Of a DNA stretch of 64,000 bases, positions 50,530 through 61,546 are shown piece after piece; position 1 is the stretch's first letter, and the number at the start of each line of letters is the position of its first letter. The notes below the pieces were generated by a model, which was not told the origin of the DNA, did not search any database, and saw only the letters and a list, made by a program, of their open reading frames with translations. The DNA comes from Anthoceros angustus. Taxonomy: Eukaryota > Plantae > Anthocerotophyta. The stretch lies in contig MU008187.1 in the NCBI GenBank assembly GCA_010909165.1, forward strand, positions 562,247 through 626,246, given 5' to 3'. The position numbers and the translations under genes are program-made.

Positions 50530-51300
50530 AGGTGCCCACACTTGCGCATGCTGCAGAACGCACACCAAGGTCACAGTGTCGGGCCGACGCTGTCGAGTGC
50601 AGCCATGCCTTCTTTATGCATCGCACTATAAAGATGAAGGGTTTCCCTGCTAGGCATACGCTGCTATCACGGCATTCCGAGTCAGAACATCTTTCTGACC
50701 AGGTCTGTCACTTCTGGGCGCCATCCAGGCTGCTACAGTGTCGGCAAGTGTTCACCAAGCAGCTAAAAGACAAGTCAATGACGCTCAACGCCACTGGCCA
50801 ACACATCAGCATGCACCTGTTGCCCAGTTTTCAAGTTATCCCCTCGCACAAGCCTGCAGGATACACAAAACACATGGCCATCAGGCTTCCCACACGACAT
50901 GTGCACCCTACGACACAATTCTATGGCCTGTGCAGTCCGGGCGCATGCTCAGAAATTTATGGCAGACCCTGTGAAGACATCTGGTTTTTCATCAAGCTGC
51001 AGCCCAATCGTTTGGCCATTTGTTGCTCTGAAGAGACTTCCTTACATGCCTTCGAAGGACGAAGGTCCGAAGGCCCTTCTCAGTCTCGGATAGACGGAGA
51101 AGGTTGCGATCAGGCTTGTGTATTGGCCCGAATAAATCGGTATGTGCGCTAAAATCAAGTCATCTGGTTTGTGATTCATTGCACAAGAACGTGTCCAATC
51201 TTCCAGGGGTATGATTCGGACACGTATGATGAGATCACAATGTCAGCTTGTCGTGCCAGGCTGCTAGATGGATGTTCTCGATATGGTTGCCAAATCAGAT
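50530..51300 (-). pseudogene. Degenerate PLS-class PPR gene fragment
   Basis: The minus strand gives broken PPR motifs (KPDVFT, KPDGHVF..ILQACA, GQQVHADV, KDVLTRNAVIAAYA*QG, DTVTLVCVL..CASVG) colinear with the adjacent intact gene. Confidence 0.75.
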
Positions 51301-51470
51301 GTCTTCACATGATCTGCCATAATTTTTGCGCATGTTGTGCACTGGCAGTGTTGAGCACTGGTAAAGCACAAAACAGAACTGCTTGTACGGACTCCAAAAA
51401 CAAGATGGCAAGAATGAGATTGACAAAGGAAAGAATAGAATGGCTTGCTGTTATACATGAAGGCAAGCAG

Positions 51471-53918
51471 TCAGTGCCGATCGCCACAAGAGCAGGACCC
51501 ACCGAGGAACCGGTGCACTCGATGAGCATCTCGCACTATGATCTCTCGGTTCTCAAGACGGGACATGATCTTGGTGCTACTGTGGCAGTCATTGCACATA
51601 CGGAGATTTTTGGTCACCAGCAGAGTTGTGCCTTCTCTTGTGTTGAGTAGACCATATGCCAACGCCAGTTTCTCTGCGTGTCCACATAGGGAGTCCTCTT
51701 TGTCCTGCTCAGAGACTGCCTTCAGCACCAATTCCGTCTGCGGCACGTGGCCTCCTTCCTTCAATCTAAGACTCACACTCTTTAGTTTCGACGAAATATC
51801 AGCCCTGTCTTCTCCTACTCTAAACTCGTGCACCTGACTCTCCACTTCAATGCACGCCTTGGCAGCCTTCTTCTTAGCTCCTGCTGACTTTCTCAAGCTT
51901 TCAACCCTGTCCACATCCTCCCACCTGTCTGCACTTGCATAGATATTGCCCAAGAGCACATAGGAGCTTGCATCGTCTGCTTCCAAAGCTACAAGATGCT
52001 CAAAACATCGTCTTCCACACTCCAAGTCACTAAAGCTTCTGCAAGCAGTCAGCAAGGCTGTCCAACCCACGACATCGTTTGCAACTGGCACAGTTAGTAA
52101 CATGTTTTCAGCCTCGTCCAGATAGCCTGATCGACCGAGGAGATCAACCATGCAGTTATAGTGATCGTGAGTTGGAATGATTCCATGCTCCTCTACCATC
52201 AGCCTGAAATAGTGTTGGCCCTCGAGCACCAAGCCATCATGACTGCAAGCCACCAACAGCGAAACAAACGTAGTTCCATCTGGCTGCATACCTTGTTCCA
52301 GCATCACTTCGAAAAGCTGTATTGCCATTTGACCAAGGCCATGTTCGGCATACCCATTGAGCATGGCATTCCATGTCACCACATCTTTGGTGGGCAATTC
52401 ATCAAACACTCTGCGAGAATCTTCCAAGCACCCACATTTTGCATACATGTCAACTAGGCAGTTACCAACCAGTACATTCGCTTCTAGGCCTTGTTCACGA
52501 ATTTGCTGGTGAAGTTCCTTGCCCTGCTGCAATGCTCCCACACTGGCGCACGCTTGAAGTAGGCACACAAACGTGACACGATTAGCTGGAGTCAAGCCAG
52601 TGTGCTGCATACTTGCATGAAGAGCCAGGGCTTCTTGCCCCAGCCCCTCTTGACTATATCCTGCAATCATGGCAGTCCATGTCACCACATCTTTTGTGGG
52701 CAGGCTGTCGAACACCTTTCGAGCATCCTCCAAGCTCTGGCATTTGGCGTACATGTTCACCAGGCTGGTACCAATGACTCCATCAGCTTCCAGGCCTTGC
52801 TCCCGAATGTCAGAGTGAAGCTGCTTGCCCTGTTGGATCTCTCCAACACTGGCGCACGCTTGAAGTAGGGACACATATGTGACATGATCTGCTGGCGTCA
52901 AGCCCTCATGCTGCATACTTGCATAGAGAGCCAGAGCTTCTTGCCCGAGCCCCTGCTGACTGTATCCTGCTATCATAGCATTCCATGTCACCACATTTCT
53001 TGTGGACAAGGTGTCAAACACTTGGCGAGCATCCTCCAAGCTCCCGCATTTGGCATACATGCTCACCAGGCTGGAGGCCACAAAATGATTAGCCCTCACA
53101 GGGCTGGCCTTAATATCAGCATGCACCTGCTTTCCAGCAACCAGGTCCTCGGCAGCAGCACACGCCTTCAGAACTGCCACGTAGATGTGGTTATCCGGCT
53201 TCACACTTGCTTCTATCATCCGCCGATACAGATCGATAGATTGTGCAGGCTGCCCATGTCGAGCATGTGCCAAAATAATGGAGGACCACATGTACACGTC
53301 CGGCGTAGCCACCCTGGTGAAGACCTGCCCAGCCTCCTCCAACTTGCCATGAGCAGCATACATACAGATGATGTGGTTGGCCAAGAAAGCGTCTGACTCG
53401 TACCCAGCTCTGACAGCAAGAGCATGAACTCGCCTGGCAAGCACCAAATCCTGGTGCTCCACACACTTTTTGATCACGAGGTAGAACACAAAGTTGGAAG
53501 CAGGGCATCCTGGCTGCTGCACCAGGAGTTCCAACGCTTCCACAGCCTCCGTCAACTCCCCCTCCTCGCAACGGGTCCTCAACCACCCAACCAGCTGCGA
53601 ATCCACACAGCCCGGCTCGCGTGGGATTCGGAGCCACAGCGGCTCCTTGGAAGCCTTGTGCCTGAAGTCAGGATGGTGGGGACTCCTCTTGTCCCGCCTA
53701 TCGTCCCACCACTGAGTGGGGTCGGAGAGGAATAGGTGCCACAAGACATCCTGCCGCTGCACCTTCTCCTTGAGGGCCGTCATTTCCTGAGCGGTACAGC
53801 TCCCCACAGCTCCAGCTCCAAATGGTCCCCCCCGCACCACATGAGCTGCAGGCTGCTGCTTCCCCAATCCCTGCTGCACTGGCAGCGCCAGCGGCAAATC
53901 CAGTGGCCTCGCCATCAT
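51471..53918 (-). CDS. PLS-class PPR RNA-editing factor with E1/E2 and DYW:KP-type deaminase ending DRH; N-terminal OSB-like PDF motif
   Basis: 815-aa uninterrupted ORF with 14 clear P/L/S motifs, KKKAAKACIEV in place of the PG box, HAE...CNDCH zinc site and C-terminal CSCGDRH. The true start may lie on an upstream exon. Confidence 0.95.
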   Translation of the reverse strand: MMARPLDLPLALPVQQGLGKQQPAAHVVRGGPFGAGAVGSCTAQEMTALKEKVQRQDVLWHLFLSDPTQWWDDRRDKRSPHHPDFRHKASKEPLWLRIPREPGCVDSQLVGWLRTRCEEGELTEAVEALELLVQQPGCPASNFVFYLVIKKCVEHQDLVLARRVHALAVRAGYESDAFLANHIICMYAAHGKLEEAGQVFTRVATPDVYMWSSIILAHARHGQPAQSIDLYRRMIEASVKPDNHIYVAVLKACAAAEDLVAGKQVHADIKASPVRANHFVASSLVSMYAKCGSLEDARQVFDTLSTRNVVTWNAMIAGYSQQGLGQEALALYASMQHEGLTPADHVTYVSLLQACASVGEIQQGKQLHSDIREQGLEADGVIGTSLVNMYAKCQSLEDARKVFDSLPTKDVVTWTAMIAGYSQEGLGQEALALHASMQHTGLTPANRVTFVCLLQACASVGALQQGKELHQQIREQGLEANVLVGNCLVDMYAKCGCLEDSRRVFDELPTKDVVTWNAMLNGYAEHGLGQMAIQLFEVMLEQGMQPDGTTFVSLLVACSHDGLVLEGQHYFRLMVEEHGIIPTHDHYNCMVDLLGRSGYLDEAENMLLTVPVANDVVGWTALLTACRSFSDLECGRRCFEHLVALEADDASSYVLLGNIYASADRWEDVDRVESLRKSAGAKKKAAKACIEVESQVHEFRVGEDRADISSKLKSVSLRLKEGGHVPQTELVLKAVSEQDKEDSLCGHAEKLALAYGLLNTREGTTLLVTKNLRMCNDCHSSTKIMSRLENREIIVRDAHRVHRFLGGSCSCGDRH

Positions 53919-54342
53919 CTCCAGCCTGCTCCACCTCAGGCACCATGCCCGCTAATACAATCACATTCTGTGCCCTACAGGATGTAGTGTCGGCTCTTAC
54001 AGACAAAGATGGCTAACCGTTCCTACTGTCCGCTTGTTCTTCATGGACAGCCCACCCCGGGCATCAACCACAGAACATCGACACAATAAGGACAACGGAC
54101 ATAGGGAAGATCGGACTACCATGTCACAGAGAACGTAGGGACGACGGGGGAGATGTTATGTAAATAATATACAGAGATGGGATGGTCCATCCACACCAGA
54201 GCAGTCTGGAAGAAGACCCACACTAACTACATACACTTTTACCAGTATTCCGCTATGTTCAGATGCTGGAATTCGGCTCCCTAATCCCGGATTTGATTTA
54301 GATTAGGTATGCAGGTCGTTGGTGGGAAGCTTGTTGGTGGCA

Positions 54343-55380
54343 TCAGTGGATTGGGTTGTTACTGGACAAGGCCTCTTCGCGTGCTATCATCTCCTCAAGC
54401 ACTCGATTCTTATGTTCAAGACTGTCGAATTTATACCTCCTTCCATGGCCAGGAAGCAACCACACAAAATCCAGGGGCATTGTGGCGTTCCGGAGGCTTT
54501 CGATTTGCACCTCCACGGAGTCCCAGGTAAACTGGCGATGGATATGGAACTCTCCATCCTTCCCGGAAACGAGGTGGTCCCCTGTAAACAGGGCCATCCT
54601 ATCCTTCAACAAAAGCGAGACGGAGCCGGAGGAATGGCCGGGATTGAACACAAGCTCAGCGTCCTCGCCGAGAGACCAGGGCCCCGCGCCCCGGAGCTGC
54701 ATCTCCACGCCGACCAATCCCGGGTCGCGATCGATCTCCTTCTCGTGCATGATTCTCTCGCACCCGAAGCGCTTCTGCCAGAGCTGGTGGTCGGCCACGT
54801 CGTCGATGTGCGTGAGGAAGAGGTAGCGCACGCCTCCCATCTGCTCCAGCCGGGCGGCCAGCTTCTGGGAGAAGCGCGGGGATTCAACCAGGATGTTGCC
54901 CCCGTCCCGGACCACGAGGTAGGAGGTGGCGGCGAAGGACTTGGGGGAGTGGTAGCCGCAGTGGTAGACGCCGGGGAGGGTTTGGGCGTCGATAGCCACG
55001 GGAATGGGGAAGGTGAGCTGCGCCTGGAGAATGTCGGGAGGCGGCGTCTCGGTGCGGATGGAGCCCGTGGGGCACGACAGCAAAGCCTGGAGCGCCCTGA
55101 GCCGCTCCTGTTCCGTGGCCGGCTGCTGGTGCACCGCCGACTGGCCTGCCATGGCGGAGAAGGTGGCCGGCGCCATCCACCGGCATGTGTCGCAGTCGAT
55201 GCAGCTCCCGTCCACGAAGAATTCGCCGTCCACGTTCTCGGGCCTCCGCAGCCTCCTGCCGGACGCGCCCGCGGCTCTCACGCTCACAGAGCTTCTGTTT
55301 CTGCTCCCGGTGGGATGGAGCGTCCCCTGGAAGTGCACCAGCTCGCTTGGCCTCAGCGAGGCGCCTCTGTTCAAGGCCAT
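54343..55380 (-). CDS. Ferredoxin (single Fe-S cluster) / metallo-beta-lactamase-fold protein with predicted plastid transit peptide, copy 1
   Basis: S/R-rich N-terminus ending VSVRA; CIDCDTC...CP; THIDDVADH, PGHSSGS, FTGDH, LPGHG. Intronless 345 aa. Confidence 0.9.
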   Translation of the reverse strand: MALNRGASLRPSELVHFQGTLHPTGSRNRSSVSVRAAGASGRRLRRPENVDGEFFVDGSCIDCDTCRWMAPATFSAMAGQSAVHQQPATEQERLRALQALLSCPTGSIRTETPPPDILQAQLTFPIPVAIDAQTLPGVYHCGYHSPKSFAATSYLVVRDGGNILVESPRFSQKLAARLEQMGGVRYLFLTHIDDVADHQLWQKRFGCERIMHEKEIDRDPGLVGVEMQLRGAGPWSLGEDAELVFNPGHSSGSVSLLLKDRMALFTGDHLVSGKDGEFHIHRQFTWDSVEVQIESLRNATMPLDFVWLLPGHGRRYKFDSLEHKNRVLEEMIAREEALSSNNPIH

Positions 55381-55787
55381 GGCCGTGTCTGGCTAGCCTT
55401 GCTGACTTCACTCTTGGCAGACCTGTCTCTTCCCGTGACAAGGTATATATAAGGAAGCACAAAGAGAAAAATGTTTTGTATGCAAGCGGATAAATTCATA
55501 TCCAAACTGAGCTTTAGAGCTGGGGAAGCTGCAACGGAAGATGCCTGCCAGTAGCCGCGCGTCCATCATGGAGCTCGTGGTGGACGATAAATACCTGGCA
55601 AGTTAGGTCTGTTTTTCTAGTGACCTTTCCCATTGCCTCAGCGTATTTATGAGAGGAATTGTTTTCAAGAACAGTAAATTTAATCCTTAATTTAAACAAA
55701 CAATACAAATAAGAGGTGACAAAAAAAAGTGGAGACTCTATATAATCGAGACGAAGGGGAATAGCCCTCTGGAGGCCCGCCTATGCT

Positions 55788-56068
55788 GCGTTGGTCAACG
55801 TCCGATGGATACCTGTTGCCTGAAGAAAGCCACCTAACAAGAGGGTGGAAGACCAACCCCATTCTTGTGGCTGTGGTAGGTTGTAGCACAGGCCTTCATG
55901 AACCGTGGGCAAGGACGTTGGTCAATGCCCGATGGATACCCGTTGCCTGAAGAAAGCCACCTGCCCGATGGATACCCGTTGCCTGAAGAAAGCCACCATA
56001 CAGGAGGGGGGAAGGCCAACCTCGTTCTTGTGGCTATGGTAGGTTGTAGCACAGGCCTTCATGAACCT
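55788..56068. repeat. Local tandem duplication with three copies of GATGGATACCYGTTGCCTGAAGAAAGCCACC
   Basis: Copies at 55804, 55931 and 55967. The flanking sequence is also duplicated. Confidence 0.8.
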
Positions 56069-56472
56069 TGAGAAATCCTTGCCCAAGGCCCCGTGAGTCA
56101 TAATAGCAAGGCGGATGGAGGCATGGCCTTCCAACATGGGTGAGTACTTGCAAACCATCTATCATCTACTCTATCATCTACTTGCGAAGAAACTTTCTAC
56201 CATGCTCTTTTTCACATACGGGATAGAGGGAAGCTATGCTAAGCTCATTCGTTAGGCCCACTTGTGCTTAGCTTGTAAGGTAGCCAAAAGCTTGTGCACA
56301 AGTGGTTCTCGCCTCTTGCGATTAGGCTTGCAAGTCTGGCAGCAACAACTTGACCTTGAACGTCACAGTTTTGATATGGCCCTTAGGATCGCCTTCTCCC
56401 CACTCAACGCAGAGTAAGGTTCATTATGATGGGTATCGTTCGATTCTTAGGCAGGGGAGGGAGGACGGGGGG

Positions 56473-59400
56473 TATGAAAAACCAGAGGCGCTGGATTTAA
56501 GTCAAGAAAGCTTGACATGATGTGGTGTCACGAAGAACAAGTGCAAGCAAGCAGCAAGAATGCTTAGATAAAATAAAATAAGTGAGCATACACATAAAGC
56601 GTAAATTGTAGTTTAAATAGTGTAAACCTAATGAACCCCATACGCCTAGGTTACACATATACTTAATGTATATTTTCATACTCCCATAACCTAGGCGGTA
56701 TTCATTTGCAGCAGGAAGTATAGTCCCGGCAGGCGGTTCATCGGTCTTACGTTTCTCAGGCGGGGCACGAAGCATGGCGGCGGCGGCAAGCGTCTCGGCT
56801 ACTACCATAGTCTTTATTACGATCGTGTATCTGCGCCATAATCAGCGGCGGGTCGATGGCGGCGCGATGGGGCCGCTGACCCAGCCCTTGAGCGATGGAG
56901 GCACTAGGATTCACGATCTCTAGGAGGGAGAGCGGCTAGGGCACACTGACGCAGTGCCGCACAAAGCAAGGAATGGAAGCCCTTCAATCTGCGGCACTTC
57001 ATGAGGCTGCGGTGGGAGGTAGAGATAGCGGCGATGTGAATGTCTGAGTGTGCAAGAAGCGAATCGGGCAAACACGGTAGTGGGAGGAGATTGTCGGTAC
57101 GCTGAACAAGCCTATTGACCCTCTCGGAGGCATGAGAGTAAGGTGGCATGAGATTGTCGGGACTCCACTACCGGTGAAGGCGTGATAAAGGAAGCGGAAG
57201 CGAGCTGCAGCTCCCACATAAGGACAAAGGAAGAAGGCGCAAGATTAGGTGAGAAAACAGCCAACTTCATCCATGCTCCCTCTTACTAGGTAGTGACACA
57301 GCATGTCGGATCATGGCCGGCCGGTATCTTGTTTGTGATGTGTGCCAGGCTCACGGATGGGAAAAGTGGGAGAGATGTCTGACAAAGGCTATCTGAAACC
57401 TAAATTATACTAGGCTTGAAGATCAGGAGACTTAGGTCCCCACCCCCTCCCCCCACGTAGGTCAGAGAAGCTTAATACCTTCAGAGTAGATAGCTGAAGT
57501 CTCTGAGTCCCAAGGACTCCATATGTAATGAATGCTTCAGCTTTGGCAGTGCCTTTGTCAATATGTCCGCAGTGTTATCAACTGCAGGAACATGTAGAAT
57601 CTTAATAATTCCTCTTTGATACTGTGTCTCTTATGTAGTGATGTTTAATCTCGAAGTGCTTCGTTCTTGCATGGAAACGGGGATTAGCGACCAACGCAAT
57701 GGCTGTTGTTGTCACAACGGCAGTGGGTTCCTTCTGCTCAACATGGAGGTCTCTCAAGTAAGCACGCTCCCACTCAGCCTCTTTTGCAGAATGAGTCAAC
57801 GATATGTACTCAGCCTCAGTTGACGAAAGGGCTATTGACATCTGTTTTTTGCATGACCAATTCACAGCACTGGATTATCAGCCATAAGAAAACGACAGGT
57901 ACCAGATCCCTGGATGGGTAAGCTCGTTGAACGTCGTTCGTCACCCGGGACGGCTTATTTGAGTCGAAACTTCATGAAGCTAGCACACATTTGTTTGTCT
58001 TCTAAATGTGTGCGATTCTTTGAATCTAGGTACCGGTGCCGGGGCGCTCGATGATGAGAGAGGCGGATGGTGAGAATCTTGACCACTTTCCATTCTCATT
58101 TTGAGATCTTTCTTTAGCATGTTAACCTCGGCTTGGGGACGGGCTCGCTTTGCCTTCTTTTAAGCAATCCCTCTCCCAGTGCCCTGACACGTTGCACCAA
58201 TTGCAGCTACCTGGTTTCTTGGTTGAGGAAGAAGATGAACCAGCAGTGGTCGGACGACCTGAGAATGCTGGTCGTCCTCCTCTTCCTCGCCCTCTCCAAG
58301 AACCTCCACTGGCGTGAGGTGTAGAGGACTCATGCATGAACCTTTCCAGAGCCACTGGATTGTGTCGAAGTCGACTCTGCTCTTCTTGATACAACGCAGA
58401 TATCACATTCTCCAAAGGTTCCCTGGAGTTCCAGCTGCCACGTTCTGGCCAGCTATAGCAAGTGGCCCATTTTGTAGTGACACAAAAGTTTGGTATGATG
58501 CAGGAAGACTAAGCAGGAGCTGAGCAATAGCATCCTCTTCAGTCATTTTGGTGTTCAACTGAGCAAGGCGGGAGCGAAGATGACGAAATTTGCTTGTGTG
58601 GGCAGCCACACCGTCACCCTCCCGCATCTTCAAAGTGTAGAACTCCTGCTGTGCTGCACACTTGGTAAGCATCGTCTTGACGGCATATGTATTAATGAGC
58701 TGATTCCAAACTTCATGGGCTTTAGTCAAAGATTCCATATCTGGAATGAGAACTTCATCAAGTCCGTGGATCAAGAGAGCAAGAGCAACACTGTTGACTG
58801 AGTTCCATTTTTCAACATCAGCTTGTGTTATAGTGGTTCCAGTTGCAGTCACTCCAGCCGAAGGAAAAACTGGTTCCGCGTAAGATCCATCCACGACTCC
58901 CCATACTCCTCTTGCACGCAAAGTGGTCATCATACGTACACGCCATATGTCAAATTTCGTTCCATTGAATCTGTCTTGTGTTTTCAATTCTGCTGTAAAG
59001 GTTGGAGCGACCATCTTGTGAGATGGGCGGTTGTATAAGCGGAGTTGAAAGGGAAAAAGAAGGTGGATTGGGAGGAACTGGTGGTGGATTGGATGGAGAT
59101 GTAGACGCTCTAGGTGGACTGCGTGGTGGGCTTGGAGGAGGTGTCCTAAAAGCCCAAACCGCGTCTACGAAATATGTATGGAGATAAAGGGAAGCTAAAG
59201 AGGTAGTCTCTAGCAGACATACATAAATACAAAACCACCACCGAACAGGTAAACGGTTATCTAAAGAAAACTCTTTTTAGGGTTTCATTTGGCTTTTAGC
59301 AGAACTAGAAAAAGACCAACTAACTTTCTTGACTTCTTTTCTAGGGCATGGATGGCTTGAAAAGCGGTTACTAGCGCGGTCTTGAGCCAGTGAGCGAGAA

Positions 59401-60251
59401 AAGGGGTAGCACTTGGGTGAAACCACGAACCATCACCATGCTAGAAAAACAGGTTAGATCAATCTGACCGCTCCTCCTCAGAGGAGCGTAATGTGATGTT
59501 CAGTATCTGCAATTGCTTGGTCAGTCCTTCAATTTCAGAGGAAAATCTAACAAATAGTTTATGAATTTTAAAATCTGTTGAGTCCAGCCTCATAGAAAAA
59601 GATTGTTGTCTACGGACAGCAGCGTTTAAAATTCCTTCCAAATTCTGTACCTCAGACTGAATATCCTGCAATGTGTTTGCAGATGTACTGGCTGTCTCCG
59701 TGCAGGACTGCGGTGCTGAGAGATCGCCTAACAGGCGGTTTTGCTGAACAGTGATCTTGTTTGAACAATCGTCCACAACTGGTACAAGTGGATGTTGTAG
59801 CAGTTCGTGTAGATTTTTGATGTGAAGTATTGCGGCCTTGACACCGCCAATAATTCTCCAGGATCAATTGATCACGTTCAGCCTTTGTCTCAACCCCAGT
59901 CCAGAGGATGCTGGTTGGAATACACGAGGAGGTCTTTAGAAAACCTGGCCTTGAGAAGGTCTTTGCAAATCCTCCTCTTCCACCGAATCCACAATTCGAT
60001 TTATTCCTCGGCATTGCAACTCTGACATGTTCACACGCATGTGCTCGATACCATATGAAAACCGGGCTGGATTTAAGTCAAGAAAGCTTGACATGATGTG
60101 GTGTCGCGAAGAACAAGTGCAAAAGCAGAATGCTTAGATAAAATAAAATAAGTGAGCATACACATAAAACGTAAATTGTAGTTTAAATAGTGTAAACCTA
60201 ATGAACCCCATACGCCTAGGTTACACATATACTTAATGTATATTTTTCATA
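56473..60251 (-). mobile_element. Internally deleted Ty1/Copia element Z with TA..TA termini, TSD GGGGG
   Basis: LTRs at 56473-56680 and 60054-60251; PBS TGGTATCGAGC at 60043-60053 (-); gag 58122-59014; RNase H remnant 57500-57870; integrase and RT missing. Confidence 0.9.
58122..59014 (-). pseudogene. Copia Z gag (one frameshift)
   Basis: FNGTKFDIW, LKMREGDGV, LLSLPASY, zinc knuckle CNWCNVSGHWERDC. Confidence 0.9.
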
Positions 60252-60754
60252 GGGGGCCTCTCCTCACCTCCCCGGAAGGTTTTGGCCATATTCTTTGATT
60301 TATAAAGTTGAATTATCGTTTAAAAAAAAGCTTGTGCTCAATGTGTGACTGCAGTGCTGCTTGGGAGGCAACTGTGACATCGCGAGAAGATATGGTGGGG
60401 CAGCTTTTGGTGGATGGTACCCCTACCTTGCTACTCATGTTGCGGCTAGGGCAAGGGCAGGATATGTAACGGCACTTGCCCTTGCCCCATTGCACAGCCG
60501 TTGCCCTTCTTGCCCCAGTCGCAACATGAGCTCATATTTACTCCATATTTGCCGTTGTAGCGGTAAATATGGAGTAGATATTGAGTAAAATATAGTAGAT
60601 AGATTAAGTAAATATGAAGTGATCATATGGATGTATAAGCTAGAGTAAAAAGGAGAACTTGCTGCATGAATGCCGACTCATGCTCATGACTCACATTTTA
60701 GAATGAATACGCTCATACCGGTTAATAAGAAGAGCAGGATGAAGAGAATAGTTC

Positions 60755-60870
60755 GAGTGGTGCACTTTTACATTTGGTATCAAAGCCCAACTTGAGTAGT
60801 GCACTTTTACATTTGGAATCAGAGCCCAACTTGAGAGGTGCCCTAGTTCCTTTATATTTGGTATTGAGGC
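60755..60870 (+). repeat. 39-bp tandem repeat (2 good copies, 1 degenerate) of an LTR end plus Met-PBS junction
   Basis: GAGTGGTGCACTTTTACATTTGGTATCAAAGCCCAACTT-like units at 60755, 60794 and ~60833. Confidence 0.65.
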
Positions 60871-61436
60871 CTTTGTTGGCAGAGTTGACTAGCCACTATA
60901 CATTATTTGAAAAATGATCGAGGATGTGCCTGACAAACTTTGTAGATCACCAAGCACATTTCAACTTTTCCAGATCACCTGTGTGCAGCTTTGGGGACTT
61001 TGTAACAAGATTGATCATAGACAGGTCACTAGTGTAGGATATATAAGTGATACAAGCTATAGGGTTTTAGGGGTGGATCGAGAGTTGAGGAGAAGAGTCC
61101 TCAGTATAGCACCAAATTTTGCCAAATCAGTCTCCCAAAGATATCCTGGAGCACAAGCGAAAGCTTCATATTTGGCTTGGTGAGGTACATATTTGGTAAA
61201 CTCAGCAACTTGCATAGTGTTACAAGGAGCGTGTGTTTTTGTGGCAATTAGTCTTTAGAGAATTGAATGCTAGAGTCACCCTCCACCCCGACCGACCTTG
61301 TACATGTGTTATCTGAGAAGTCGTTGTGCTATCTATTTTTCATGAATACCGATAGGCTGCCCATAAAAGGGCCAAAGAGAAAACAAAAGTCCTTCATTCA
61401 AGGAGTGACATCCATACATGAATTCTACATTGGAAT

Positions 61437-61546
61437 TCTATAGAGATAAATATCTCTATTCTATATAGATAAACATCTCTATTCTACATAAATAAATATC
61501 TCTATTCTCTATAGATAAACATCTCTATTCTACGTAGATAAATATA
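61437..61546. repeat. ~24-bp AT-rich minisatellite (TAGATAAAYATCTCTATTCTA core), 4-5 copies
   Basis: Direct inspection. Confidence 0.8.

Noticed and set aside
54319-55462. Long overlapping ORFs (377 aa on +, 192 aa on -) over the ferredoxin-MBL gene, and equivalents at 62067-62952
   Set aside because: Shadow frames caused by high GC3; no recognisable motifs.
55788-56068. CRISPR-like 31-bp direct repeats
   Set aside because: Irregular spacing, spacers are themselves duplicated, eukaryotic context and no cas genes.
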